Below, in pieces: positions 42,724 to 56,284 of a stretch of 64,000 nucleotides of DNA (positions within the stretch are counted from its first letter, which is position 1; the number at the start of each line of letters is the position of its first letter). The notes below the pieces were generated by a model. That model did no database searches, was not told where the DNA came from, and saw nothing but the letters and a program-made list of their open reading frames with translations. The DNA comes from Octopus sinensis (Eukaryota). The position numbers and the translations under genes are program-made. The stretch spans positions 77,624,001-77,688,000 of the forward strand of contig NC_043005.1 in assembly GCF_006345805.1 (NCBI RefSeq), written 5' to 3'.

Positions 42724-44815
42724 TGGCAAGCTTCTTTCAGTTTCTGTCTACCAAAACTTTGGGTGACCCAGAGCTATAGTAGGAGACATTTGCCTAAGAT
42801 GTGAGATTCCATGCAGAAGGAATGAATCTAAAACCATGTGGTTTGAAATCAAACTCCTTATCACACAACCACATCTGCGCCTGTTATGTTTAACAGTTAC
42901 ACCGACATCTATCTCACCACATACCATATACGATGACATCTAATTATAGCATTATACCATCATGGTGTAATGAAATTATATGGAGGTCACACTGCCACAT
43001 TTCTATTATATATGTGAGGCATATTTCGTCTGTCTTTATGTTCTGAGTTCAAATTCTGCAGAGGTGGACTTTGCCTTTCAGGATTGATAAATTAAGTACC
43101 AGTTGCATACTGTGGTTGACCTAATCGACTGCTACCCCCTATTCCCCCAAAATTTCAGGCCTTATGGAATATAAGGAATATATAGAAAGGAATATAACTT
43201 CTAATAAAACATTAGCTTGCTGGGCAAAATGCTTAGTGGTATTTTGTCTGTGATTGAATTTGGTAGGCGGAAGTTACTGCCACATGTGTATATGTGTGTG
43301 TAGGTGCTTGTGCCTCTCCGAGAGAGAGAGAGAGAGAGAGGGTACATGTTTGTGTGTCTGTGTTTGTCTCCTCACCATTGCTTGACAACCGATGTTGGTG
43401 TGTTTATGTCCCCATAGCTTAGCAATTCGGCAAAAGAGACCGATAGAATAAGTACTCGGCTTACAAAGCATAACTCCTGCAGTCGATTTGTTCAACTAAA
43501 GGTGGTAATCCAGCATGGCCTCAGTCACATGACTGAAACAAATAAAAGAATAAAAGAAAAGGCTGTTCTGTTGATCGGATCAACTGGAACCCTCATCGCT
43601 GTAACCAACAGAGTGCCAGTTTTTGGTTCAGTCCTTAATTCTTAAATTACCATTTCTGTTGTTTAGCCCCCGGTTAGTGTTGCATGAGCAGGATTATCAG
43701 TCAAACTATTCTGGTTATAACGATCCTACCTTTCTTTCAAACACGACACATCTAGGAGAGCATAATCTAAAATATCCTCTTAAAATTTTCTCATTTTTCC
43801 TTTTTCAAAATCTTATCTTCTATTTTTTTTTTTGTTTCAATCTTTAGACTGTGGCCAAGCTGTAGCAAATAGGTATCATCAGCAGGAAATCATCGGCCTC
43901 CTCCTCCTCCTCATCATCATCATCATTTAATGTCTGCTGGCACAGATTGGATGGCTTGACAAGAACTAGCAAGGCTAGGGGCCGCACCAGGTTTCATAGT
44001 CTGTTTGGTTTGGTTTCTACAACTGGATGGATGCCCTTCCTAACAGCAACCACTTTAGAGCATGTATTGGGTGCTTTATACAAAACACCAGCCCCAATGC
44101 TTTTTACGAGGTACCAGCACCAGTGCTTTTTACATGGCACCATCATTTTTCACCTGTACATGCCAAGGTAGACGGCACATACAGGTGAAAAATTTTTGAG
44201 CAAGCTCGACCAGATGATGATGAGGATCAGTATGAAGAGGAGGTAAGGTGAGAGAGAGAGAGATAGAAGAGAATATTCTTTGGTGATTAGTGAGTATCCA
44301 CTTAATTGGAACAGTAATAGCCATATCCTTAGAATAGGAATAATTCCACTTAGATTATAATATTCTATGTCCAACATTGATTTCTTTCATAATTTTAAAG
44401 TAACATAATTCCTAGATTGGAATCTTACCTGTATTTATTCATTTTGTTTAATGTTCACTTTTGCATGTCAGCATGGGTCGGATTTTTTTTTTTTTTTTTA
44501 GTTATTTGAGGAAGGATATTACAGCTGGATGCTTTTCCTGTTGTCAACCTCTATCCTTTTCCTGTATAAGCAATCAATGCAGGACAACCAACTATAATGC
44601 CAACAAGGAATGTAAACATCTCACTGTTTTTGCTCTCATAATGACAAGCATGGAATGTCAACGTTCACACACATCTATGCACCTGCACACACACACACAC
44701 ACACACACACCACACACGCTGACACATACTCACACACATGCTTGTATGTATCATATATGGTATGTATGTTTATTTGTTGTATCACATTTATGTTTCACTG
44801 TCTCTAAGTATATAT

Positions 44816-44867
<52 letters not shown>

Positions 44868-44925
44868 CGTTTATATATTTGTTTTGCAAGATTCTTGATG
44901 TGAAATCGTGTGTTGAAACAGATGT

Positions 44926-45194
44926 TGTTGTATTTAGGAATGGTCATTTTGCCAGTTTAGCCAATAAAAACACACGCACTATATATCTGGTGTTAATTTG
45001 CTTCAGCTTTATTTATTTTTTTACATTAATCTTAATCTTAATTAAGATTAATGTAAAAATTAATTAAGATTAATCGTAATCTTAATTAAGATTAATGTAA
45101 AAAATAAATAAAGCTGAAGCAAATTAACACCAAATATATAGTGCGTGTGTTTTTATTGGCTAAACTGGGAACATGACCATTCCTAAATACAACA
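44926..45194. repeat. ~110-bp-arm inverted repeat with reiterated taatcttaattaagatta palindromes in the centre
   Basis: Arms 44926-45036 / 45085-45194 are complementary with few mismatches. Confidence 0.9.
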
Positions 45195-45305
45195 TATATA
45201 TATATATATATTTATTGATTCTCACCATCATCTTTTTATGTATCCCATATATCTATAAATATTTGCGTTCGTATGTAAGTAATATATTTTTAAATATATA
45301 TATAT

Positions 45306-45336
<31 letters not shown>

Positions 45337-46445
45337 TTCCTAATCTGCAGTATTTATTGAAATGATGTGGCTGAAGTGGTTTTGTCTTTGTTAAACAATA
45401 AGCAACAGTTTCTTCCAGAGTTTTTTTTTTATTTTCTAACTTTGGTAGAAATATGAAAATTCTTATGTTAAAGAAAAGCGATACAGTATTACCAAAAAAA
45501 AATACAAAAATGAAACTAACCATGACTATTATCATTGTCCTCATCACATTTATTTCAATTTCATTTTTAAATACCCTGTCTATTAAACATGTCAGAACTT
45601 ACATTAATATTGTTTTTCATGTGATGGTGTCTTTAAATATTTTAATTTATAAGCAATACTTTTTCTTTTTTTTTATGCCAGCAAATTTATAATCTTGTAT
45701 AGTCACTTAATCCTTTCATCATTGCTTAAGCTAGTATTGGTGATAGCTATGCTTTGATGATGAGGTCAGACTGAGGGTGAAATATGACCAGAGTTGTCTT
45801 TTGTACTTGCTGGGAAAATGGAAATAATTTTGGCCATTGACTTTTTTTTTTACTTTTCCTTGCCTTATAATGATTTCCAGTTAGCTGTTTAATATTCAGT
45901 TAATTAAATACAACATAAATAGTGTTTATTTTATTTTTAACTACTTTCAGTTAGTAATCTACTAACATAATTTTTCTTTCTAATGCAACAAAATTAACAC
46001 AGAATTTTTTAAAATTTTTTTATCCAAAAAAAAAAAAAATCAACTAGTCCTTGACACAAACACATTTTTAATTTATTTATATATTTATTTTTTGATATCA
46101 AAGACCCTTTGACATATAAAGGAAATCCTTAAATTTAAGGCTGATATTTTTGTGGAAGAGAGGTAAAAACAGTCATTAATGAAAAATTGTTATTTACTTG
46201 GTGAATGATGAGTCAGATAAACAGGAAATAAGGTTAACCTCAAAATGAAGTACTTGCATCATTGACTCATTTATCTGTGTGTTTAATCTTGCTTGGTGAT
46301 CCTTCAGCTAAAATACCAAGACAAATACAATCTGTATTACAAGCTGTTGTCATGATAAGATACTGAGTTGCTAATAACTCACTCATCGGAGATCAAATCT
46401 ACTATGCATTGCTGCAATCTTTTTTTTTTTTTTTTTTGTCATATA

Positions 46446-47003
46446 CAGGGTGTCCATAAAGTCTCTTTACAATTTTAAAATTATATTACAAAGGCAGTTG
46501 ACAAGATATCTTAACCAGATTTATTTTATTGTAATAATTGTTTATCAAAGTTTTGTAACTGTTATTTAATATACCTCAATATGGGCACCATTAGTTGCGT
46601 AAAGCACATCAAGACGGTATTCGATTTCTTGCCATGTTCGCTGTAGGATAGCTTCATCAACAGTGGCAATGGCATTATGAACCCTTTGCTTCAAGTTTAG
46701 CAATGTCCTGTATTTCTGGTTGATACATGATATCTTTTACATAACCCCATAAAAAGAAGTCCAATGGAGTGATATCTGGCCATGGAATTGGCCCATCCCT
46801 TCCAATCCATCAGTCTGGAAATCTTTGATTGAGGAACTGATTCACTCCCTTCCATCGACAGAGTATCTGAAACACAAAAATTTAATATCAATAAAAACTT
46901 AAATAAACAATTATTAAAATAAGATAAATCTGGTTAAAATGTCTCATCAACTGCCTTCATAATAATTTTTTTTTAATTATAAAGAGACTTTATGGACACC
47001 CTG
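46446..47003 (-). mobile_element. Tc1-like deletion derivative with ~110-bp imperfect TIRs
   Basis: TA|cagggtgtccataaagtctcttta ... taaagagactttatggacaccctg|TA; minus-strand remnant WIGRDGPIPWPDITPLDFFLWGYVKD...NGAHIE. Confidence 0.9.
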
Positions 47004-47407
47004 TATATAATTTACTTTCAAAGAATAATATTGATGGTGGAACTGAAAATAGGGCCTTGTAGTCAGTATTTATATTATCATCCAAGCCTACAGGAGGATC
47101 CCTTTTAGCAGAGCTTATAAAACCCTTCTGAGATTTATACGCTTATAGTGTGAGCCGTTATACTTTGTGATAGCCTCTTAAAGTGAGTTGACTTGAAACA
47201 GTGTTCGTCAAGTGTTTTAATTATTAACACACCACTGTACTAGTGACACTATATGAAGTAATGATGTTTTGCTTGAAGTGGTATTGAACCACTGATTCCT
47301 GGCTCTTTGTTGTTACCACTCACTTTTTTTTTTTTGTATTTTTATATCAAAAGGAAGGACAGCATCCAAGATCCTGCAAAACTGACTCCCTCACTTCACC
47401 CAATTAA

Positions 47408-47627
47408 CCCTGAAGCATTTAAACCAGTCATATCTGGCCAAAATATTCTACTTGTTTTATGTTCAAACTGGCCAGATCTAACCTCTCAAACCTACCTGGC
47501 AATATCATTCTAAAAATAAACAATCACATCTAAATATCCAAGCTGCAAGATAATGCATGATTAATTCAAAACAAATATGCAAAAATAAGTATTAAATTTA
47601 ACAGAGAGTAACTTGAATGTTCAAGGG
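47408..47627. mobile_element. piggyBac-like MITE
   Basis: TTAA|ccctgaagcattt ... gaatgttcaaggg|TTAA. Confidence 0.7.
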
Positions 47628-47639
47628 TTAACCGTTTTG

Positions 47640-47865
47640 CTCCCTATGATGGCATTGGCTATCAACGACTTTCCTCAACTGTTCTCAACTCTGGGCTGTC
47701 TTTCCTGCTTCTCCCAAATTGCATCCCTGCTTTTTCAGCTCTGCTTCGATGTTCTGCCTCCAGTTATTTTTAGGGCATCCTCTCTTCTACCTCCCTTGTG
47801 AGATCCAGGTCGGGACTTCATGTGTAACCTAGGATGCTGGTTTCCTTAATGTGTAACCTATTTAT
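47640..47865 (-). mobile_element. RTE-like LINE ORF C-terminal remnant
   Basis: Minus-strand remnant across frameshifts: IGYTLRKPAS..QGGRR..GCPKNNWRQNIEAELKKQG. Confidence 0.65.
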
Positions 47866-48942
47866 CCTTTCAGATTTCGCTACACTACATTTTGCATTTC
47901 CTTGAAGGAAAGCCTTCCTCCCCCATGTCTTGTTGGTTTTAAGTTGCAATCAAACCTTCTGTAATGTGTTTTTTTTTTGCTTGTGGGTAGATGGTATCTT
48001 AAAAGTTAGCTACAGTTTTCTTCTTCACTCATTCCAACTCATAAGGACCATTTTCCCAGTTTCTATGACATATGTATTCCCCATCTGGATGGGATGCTGG
48101 TCTGTCACTGGATTACCCATTGTTTTCCAGCTGCGTGGCCTAGAGCAACATGAATGGAGTGTTTTACCCCAGAACACAACGTGTCACCTAGCCCAGGAAT
48201 TGAAACCACAATCTTACGACATAGGGTTAACACCCTGATTACTAGGCCATGTGCCTGCACTGTAGGAGGTATGGCCTTATACAAAACCATTTTTACCTTT
48301 GGGAAGAGATGGTCTGTATTAGACTGACCTCTATCCTTTGACCCATTCCACAGGGGAGAGCCTAACTGGAGCATTTACTTTCCTGGTATAGCTCTCAGTG
48401 TCACTGAGACACATAAGCCACCCACACCACAACAAAGGGAAAAGAAAGGTGGGAAAACAACCTATCATGACTTATAGCTAACCACTGCTCTGATTTCTAT
48501 CAGTAGCAAGCTGCAAGTCAATAGTAACAAGGGTGAGGCTGCAAGCAAATAAATAAAACATACAGCATGGTTGTTTTTTCTCCTTTGACCTACTTTTTTT
48601 TTTTTTTTGTCCTTTGACCTACATTGTTCACTAAAATCACTAACTGAAAGCTTCATGGTTGAGATGTTTGCAATAAAAAGGGCAGCTAGCCATGTATGAA
48701 ATATTTTGCTTTGACAGCTTACAAATATCTGAATTTGCAGCAGCATCCTACCCATGCTCGTATGGGAGAGTAAAAAGGATGTGAAATGCTTAAAACAAAC
48801 TTATGAAACACATTCCAGTATTCCAGTGTGCATACACACATATGCATATATGTATGCATCTATGTGTGCTTGTAATATACATACATATATATATATACAT
48901 ATGTATATGCATGTATATATATATATATGTAAATATATATAT

Positions 48943-48993
<51 letters not shown>

Positions 48994-49006
48994 TGTATGT
49001 GTGTAT

Positions 49007-49056
<50 letters not shown>

Positions 49057-49102
49057 AACATATATGTATATATGTACACATGTATGTATATATAGATATA
49101 GA

Positions 49103-49164
<62 letters not shown>

Positions 49165-49206
49165 GTGTGTATGTGTATGTATGTATGTCTGCATATATAT
49201 ATATAT

Positions 49207-49432
49207 ATATCAGTTGAATAAAGTTAAGACAGTCTGATTTTAAGAGATTTTTTTTTATGGTATTTTAACAAAATTAGCACTTTCATACATACTCATCAGA
49301 TTTCAAATGTGTTTAAATGACAGTTGAGTCCTCGACAACTTTAAATAATATATAAAAGCAATAATTTTGTTAAAATACCATAAAAGAAAAAAACTGAAAC
49401 CAGACTACATTTTAACTTTATTCAACTGATAT
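49207..49432. repeat. Imperfect ~69-bp-arm inverted repeat enclosing a hammerhead motif
   Basis: Arms 49207-49275 / 49363-49432. Confidence 0.8.
49271..49303 (-). ncRNA. Minimal hammerhead motif, partly degenerate
   Basis: Minus: aaat-CTGATGA-gtatgtat-GAAA-gtg-CTA-attt; stem I aaat/attt. Confidence 0.5.
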
Positions 49433-50080
49433 ACTATTCTATACACATTCACACGAATTCCAAACAAAATATACATACATACATATGTATATATATATAT
49501 GCACATACACACATATATATACATACACACACACACGTTTAAATTAAATTTTTGGTTTTGTATTCCATAGCTATTCTTCTTTATGTTGTTCCACAAATGT
49601 CTCAGAGAATATACAATGTAAATTATTATATAACAAGAAAAAAAATAATTAATATATTTTTATCAAATTGTCTATCTTTACCTCATTGTCAATGATCTCA
49701 AGGAAAAATTCTAACTGGTTTTGTTTTGTTCTTTAAAATGGTATCTGTGGTGTATGAATTAATGGAAATAAAAATAAAATTTCAACAATTACATATTTGT
49801 TTGTATCTTTATTTATATTTTTGACTTGTATCAAGAATTTCAGTCTAGCTCATGAATTACAGTATTTATTTTAAAATCTAGTACGTATGCTGTCAGTCTC
49901 TTTTGCCAAACTGCTGGATGATAGGGATGCAAACACACTAACACAGGTTGAGAAGCAGTGTTAAGGGACCAGCACAAGCACAACGATACAAAGATATATA
50001 TACATATATATAAGAATTTTTTGCGTAATAAGATAAATAAACCAAGGCTGTATAGATATTAGAGCATTTATAGATAGAAG

Positions 50081-50135
50081 GTCTTACAGCTGTTTCTAGG
50101 ATATTTATTTATAATAATATCCCTACATCGGAGAC
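50081..50135 (-). ncRNA. Degenerate hammerhead motif (CCGAUG core, A9 lost)
   Basis: Minus: gtct-CCGATG-tagggatatt...aatatccta-GAAA-c-agct-GTA-agac. Confidence 0.5.
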
Positions 50136-50539
50136 AGTGTGAGAGGATGATTAAGTCATAGTTAGTTTAGATGTGATACAAATAGAGAGAGTGAGGTGGA
50201 GGAAATAAATGAAAATAGATGTATGATATGTATGGGTATTGAAGTTGTAAATCCATTTTATAGGCATGATGGTATATATGCAATATTACAATATCCTATG
50301 AGTAAAGTCCAAAAGTCCAACAGAGTTCAAAATGAGTCCTTCCAAATATAGAGTTTATAAGCAATGTAAGATTCCCTTATGAGTGAGATCCAGCAGATCT
50401 TTAAAACTTGGTCATTCCCAGTAGGGAATTTATATACAGTGTTACAGAGTCAAGGGTTTCAGCATTACCTGACACCTTTGGGTCTCAATGACACCATTAT
50501 CTCTTATATATATATATATGTTTAAAACTCTGATTGTAA

Positions 50540-51032
50540 AGACCTGTTGAGGCAAGTGAAATTGAAATCAAATTCGAAGACTGGCATCCGTACTAGTGGA
50601 GCGCTAAGAGTACCATCCGAGCATGATCGTTGCCAGAGCAGCTAAACGGCTTCCGTGCTGGTAGCACATAAAAAGCACCGTTCAAGCGTGATCATTACCA
50701 GCGTCGCCTTACTAGTACCTGTGCCAGGGGTATGTGAAAAAACAGCGAGGTCGTTGCCAGTGCCGCTGGACTGGCTCCTGTGCAGATGGTACGTAAAAAA
50801 CACCATTTGAGCATGGCCATTGCCAGTACTGCCTGACTGGCCCTTGTACCAGTGGCATGTAAAAGCACCCACTACACTCTCGGAGTGGTTGGCGTTAGGA
50901 AGGGCATCCAGCTGTAGAAACTCTGCCAGATCAGATTGGAGCCTGGTGCAGCCATCTGGTTTGCCAGTCCTCAGTCAAATCGTCCAACCCATGCTAGCAT
51001 GGAAAGCAGACATTAAACGGTGATGATGATGA
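50540..51032 (+). mobile_element. Family D retroposon with internal tandem subunits
   Basis: Same 3' end and (GAT)n tail as 29750-30162 and 51680-52032. Confidence 0.75.
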
Positions 51033-52155
51033 TATATATATATTGTTTTAAATATTAAGATTATAATTAGCTTATCTAAAAGATACCATCATGCTAGATA
51101 TAGCAGTCAAAACTTGACTCTAAAACCACATCAAATATTCATATGTATGAATGTTTGATGTGGTAGCATGATGGTATCTTTTAGATACCCCTAATTATAA
51201 TTTTGATAATAATAATTATTATCTATGAGGTTTTTATTCCCATGCTAGCCACTTGATATGATTGGTATTTTAAATAACAATCTTATCCTTATTTATATAA
51301 ATTTATACTGTTTTAAATATATATATGTGGGAATTTTGACTGGTAGCTGTTGGTGCTGCCACCTATGGTTGCTTTTAGATGTAAGAGACAGACAGAAAGA
51401 GAGTTTGCTAAGAAATGGAAGGGAGGAAGAATTTTTCTTCAAGGGGAGAGAACCACTCAAGGCTTATATTTTTTTTTAACTTTTACTTTATTATTATTAT
51501 AATGCGAGGTCATTTTCTTGTGAGTGAGACAACATAGGAAATAATGTTTCCATTTTGGGTGTCCTTGTAGCTGCAGATAATGTATTTCACTCTTTTTGAA
51601 GCTTTCAATAGAAAGTAACTTGAGATTATGACACTAGTTGGTCTATTTTCGTTTGAAACATTTAGATATATATATATATATGACGTGATCGTTGTCAGAG
51701 CGACTAACTGGCATTCATGCCGGTGGCACCATTCGAGCATGATCCTTACCAGCGTCACCTTACTGGCACTTGTGCTGGTGTGCAGGTGGCACATAAAAAA
51801 CAAAAAGAATATTTTTGTGGCTGTTGATTGTACCACCTGACTAGCCTTAGTGCCGGTGGCACGTAAAAGCACCCACTACACTCTCAGCATGGTTGGTGTA
51901 AGGAAGGGCATCCAGGTTGCCAGATCAAGATTGGAGCCTGGTGCAGCCATCTGGTTTGCCAATCCTCAGTCAAATCGTCCAACCCATGCTAGCATGGAAA
52001 GCAGATGTTAAACGATGATGATGATGATGATGATATATATCTATATATATCTTAGTATTTCAGTCAATAACTGATGGAGAATTAGGGTCCCCCTGTGTCT
52101 GTCCTACATGTACATGTTGTAGTATTTAATGCATTTTTCAAATATTTGTATATAT

Positions 52156-52223
<68 letters not shown>

Positions 52224-52639
52224 AATTGAGATAGGGGTTGTAAATGCAACCCTCCATGGGATAACATATATCCAATATACTGCTAGTCTAGTACCCAACA
52301 AAGTTAATACATAAATGTTAATGATTGCGATGTAATCAATTCATTTACTGTATTATATGGGCAAAGGTAAAAAGATTTACCACAAATTACTAATACAAGA
52401 TAAGAAAATGGAGAAATACATCTAAATCAAATATCAATTACCAGATAATACTCAATCACATACTTTATTAAACCACCACATAAGAGACTGTAGGGTTAGA
52501 TATAAAAAGCAGAACAAATCAGTGTACATAAAGGAATGTACATAAAAAAGTGTACATAAAAAAAAAGTAATGTTGTATAATAAGTAGAATATATATAAAA
52601 GAGAATATAAATATAAGTAAATATAAATATAAGTATAGA

Positions 52640-52777
52640 TTACATCTTACAGCTGTTTCGGCCATGTAGATAAGTATGTCTCATTTTACTAATATTAGCC
52701 CTTTATGGTAGGTCAATATATAGATATAAATGAGACATTTACAAAAATATCATAAGGCCTCTTCGGAGATTATGTAA
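52640..52777 (-). ncRNA. Hammerhead motif with extended stem II (left arm)
   Basis: Minus: ttacataatct-CCGAAGA-ggcc-(~92 nt)-ggcc-GAAA-c-agct-GTA-agatgtaa. Confidence 0.6.
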
Positions 52778-53270
52778 TATAAATCAGTCTACATATGTAC
52801 CCACATAGGTGTGGGTGCATACCCATAATACAACATATACATATACATATGAGTGCTTATACTCACACTCTTATACATATAAAAATATACATATACATAA
52901 TGATATAAGTAAATAATATAAATTAGTAAACATATATATGTGTTCTACATCCAATGTCTTAGTTTTTCGACTCAATATTGTGATAATAAACATACACAAA
53001 TTAGTACCTAGATGCAAATATACATAGTCAATAGTACATAATATTGCTTCATACTAATTTCTAAAGTCTCATTAAAGTTAGCATCATTATCGTTGTTAAT
53101 ATCATTAATGTTATCATTATTATCATTCATAATATTATTAATAACGCTTACATTAGGATCCAGAGCGGTATATATTTATGTCCGGGTTCCAGTTGGTACT
53201 TACTATATTAGGTTTATCTCTGTGCCCTCCTTAATTTGTATTCCATTTTATTATCTATTTATCTATACAT

Positions 53271-53324
<54 letters not shown>

Positions 53325-54440
53325 CATATTTATTTAATTATTTATTTTTGTTTATTTGGCACTTACTAATCTATAATTAATTTAATTTATAATTAATAAA
53401 CTTATTTTAAATTAATAGTAATTTCTGTAGGTGTGTGAAAATGTGTATGTGTACGTATATATGTTTTTGTTCATATAGGTATGATAGTGGGTGGATGTAC
53501 GGATGCGCGTTTTTATTACACATATGAGCACGCAGGTGCGTACTTGGATGTGTATAAATGTATATGCGAATATTTATTCATGGGTGGATATAAATATAGG
53601 TTTTTATTGGTACATATGAGTGCGCAGATATATATTTAAATATATATATATATGTGTGTGCGAAAGTTCCCTGACACAGTATAGGAAAGTGTATTAATAT
53701 TTATGTGTATATGCGGATGTACGTGTGAGTGTGTGTGTTAGTGTTAGACACTGCTGCCTGTACTGATTTGTCTATAAGCCATGTGATGACAGACATGCAC
53801 TCTGCAACTTAGCGTATGTGTAGAGAGGTGTAGGGGTGTATTCATGTGTGTGTGAGTCTCTGTGTGGATGTGTGGGTTTAGGGTTAGATGTGGATGTGTA
53901 TGTTTTGCTTGTACGGTGTGGTGGAGGTCGGGCGGCTCTCAATTGACCAACCGTGCGTGCGGAAGATAATGATAATTTTAAATTCAAATCCAATAGTGTA
54001 TTTATGTCATAAGGAAAATTACCAACTGGAACCCGGACATAAATATATACCGCTCTGGATCCTAATGTAAGCGTTATTAATAATATTATGAATGATAATA
54101 ATGATAACATTAATGATATTAACAACGATAATGATGCTAACTTTAATGAGACTTTAGAAATTAGTATGAAGCAATATTATGTACTATTGACTATGTATAT
54201 TTGCATCTAGGTACTAATTTGTGTATGTTTATTATCACAATATTGAGTCGAAAAACTGAGACATTGGATGTAGAACACATATATATGTTTACTAATTTAT
54301 ATTATTTACTTATATCATTATGTATATGTATATTTTTATATGTATAAGAGTGTGAGTATATGCACTCATATGTATATGTATATGTTGTATTATAGGTATG
54401 CAGCCACACCCATGTGGGTATATATGTAGACTGATTTATA

Positions 54441-54578
54441 TTACATAATCTCCGAAGAGGCCTTATGATATTTTTGTAAATGTCTCATTTATATCTATGT
54501 ATTGACCTACCATAAAGGGCTAATATTGGTAAAATGAGACATACTTATCTACATGGCTGAAACAGCTGTAAGATGTAA
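54441..54578 (+). ncRNA. Hammerhead motif with extended stem II (right arm)
   Basis: ttacataatct-CCGAAGA-ggcc-(92 nt including atgtctcattt/aaatgagacat stem)-ggct-GAAA-c-agct-GTA-agatgtaa. Confidence 0.6.
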
Positions 54579-54820
54579 TCTATACTTATATTTATATTTA
54601 CTTATATTTATATTCTCTTTTATATATATTCTACTTATTATACAACATTACTTTTTTTTTATGTACACTTTTTTATGTACATTCCTTTATGTACACTGAT
54701 TTGTTCTGCTTTTTATATCTAACCCTACAGTCTCTTATGTGGTGGTTTAATAAAGTATGTGATTGAGTATTATCTGGTAATTGATATTTGATTTAGATGT
54801 ATTTCTCCATTTTCTTATCT

Positions 54821-54863
<43 letters not shown>

Positions 54864-54869
54864 TTTTAC

Positions 54870-55255
54870 TCTTTTACTTTTACTTGTTACAGTCATTTGA
54901 TTGTGGCCATGCTGGAGCACTGCCTTTAGTCGAGCAAATCAACCCCAGGACTTAATTTTTGTAAGCCTAGTACTTATTCTATCGGTATCTTTTGTCGAAG
55001 CGCTAAGGTACAGGGACGTAAACACACCAGCATCAGTTGTCAAGCGATGCTGGGGACACAAACACAGGCACAAACACATACACACACACACACATATATA
55101 TATATACAACAGGCTTCTTTCAGTTTCCATCTACCAAATCCACTCACAACGCTTTGGTTGGCCTGAGGCTATAGTAGAAGACACTTGCCCAAGGTGCCAT
55201 GCAGTAGGACTGATCCCAGAACCATGTGGTTGGTAAGCAAGCTACTTACCACACG
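54870..55255 (-). mobile_element. SINE family C
   Basis: Homology; head-to-head with the next copy. Confidence 0.85.
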
Positions 55256-55339
55256 GTTACAGAATGGAGTCAATAAGATCCGGGCTACATGTTTCATAGT
55301 GAGTGGAATCTCAGAGGTAGTAAATATAGGCATTAGAGT

Positions 55340-55501
55340 AGCTGTGTGGTAAGTAGCTTGCTTACCAACCACATGGTTCCGGGTTCAGTCCCACTGCGTG
55401 GCACCTTGGGCAAGTGTCTTCTGCTATAGACTCGGGTCGACCAAAGCCTTGAGTGGATTTGTTAGACAGAAAATGAAAGGAGCCTGTTGTATATATGTAT
55501 C

Positions 55502-55545
<44 letters not shown>

Positions 55546-55757
55546 TGTGTGTATATGTTTGTGTGTCTGTGTTTGTTCCCCCAACATCGCTTGACAACCG
55601 ATACTGGTGTGTTTACGTCCCATCACTTAGTTGTTCAGCAAGAGAGACCAATAGAATAAGTTCTAGGATTACAAAGAATAAGTTCTGGGGTCGATCTGCT
55701 CGACTAAAAGCAGTGCTCCAGTATGGCCACAGTCAAATGACTAAAACAAGTAAAAGA
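55340..55757 (+). mobile_element. SINE family C
   Basis: gctgtgtggtaagtagc...gggttcagtccc head; accttgggcaagt segment; internal (TA)(TG) tract. Confidence 0.85.
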
Positions 55758-56284
55758 GTGTATCCAAGCGAGTTATAAACAAGCAGGCTACTCTTCAGGC
55801 CAAGAATTTTTCCTTACTTTAAAAAATTTTTTTTTCTTTCTCCCTTATTTCACCTGCCTGCCTTCATAAACTTACAGGTACATAAGCCAACATACACCTC
55901 TGCTACGTCATACTGTAAACGCACACACCGCAACTGAAAACCAGTAGTAGCCACCACGATTCTTCCCCATTCTTTCTTGCTTTTTTCATGCACATGTACA
56001 TTTTTCTCCCCCTGACCGAAAACATTTCCCCATCCTCTTCCCTCCTCATTATTATTTTCTAATACCACTCCCCTTGCTAATTTCTTCTCAATAAACCAGT
56101 ATTATCCTTGAAAGTTGTTTTTTTTTATATTTATTATGGATTGCTTGAAGCTAACTTTCTTCCTACACCTCGATCCCTGCAAAACACAGCAAACTAAAAT
56201 GACCAAATATGAGTATTTACATACAATGAGTCAACTGAGTAAAAATATTAAAAATTACTATCGTTCCCTGTCCACCTTTGTTTA

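Larger units (their letters stand above)
52393..54825. mobile_element. Large fold-back structure, probably Penelope-like: ~806-bp inverted arms with an 821-bp spacer
   Basis: 52393-53198 is the reverse complement of 54020-54825 with scattered substitutions; each arm carries a hammerhead motif. Confidence 0.85.

Noticed and set aside
45453-45692. 79-aa hydrophobic ORF with an upstream acceptor-like site
   Set aside because: AT-rich composition explains the hydrophobicity; no recognisable homology or convincing donor site
53093-54125. Two ORFs beginning MLISLMLSLLSFIILLITLTLG, resembling a signal peptide
   Set aside because: They are the two arms of the inverted repeat, start at TTG and derive from AT-rich low-complexity sequence
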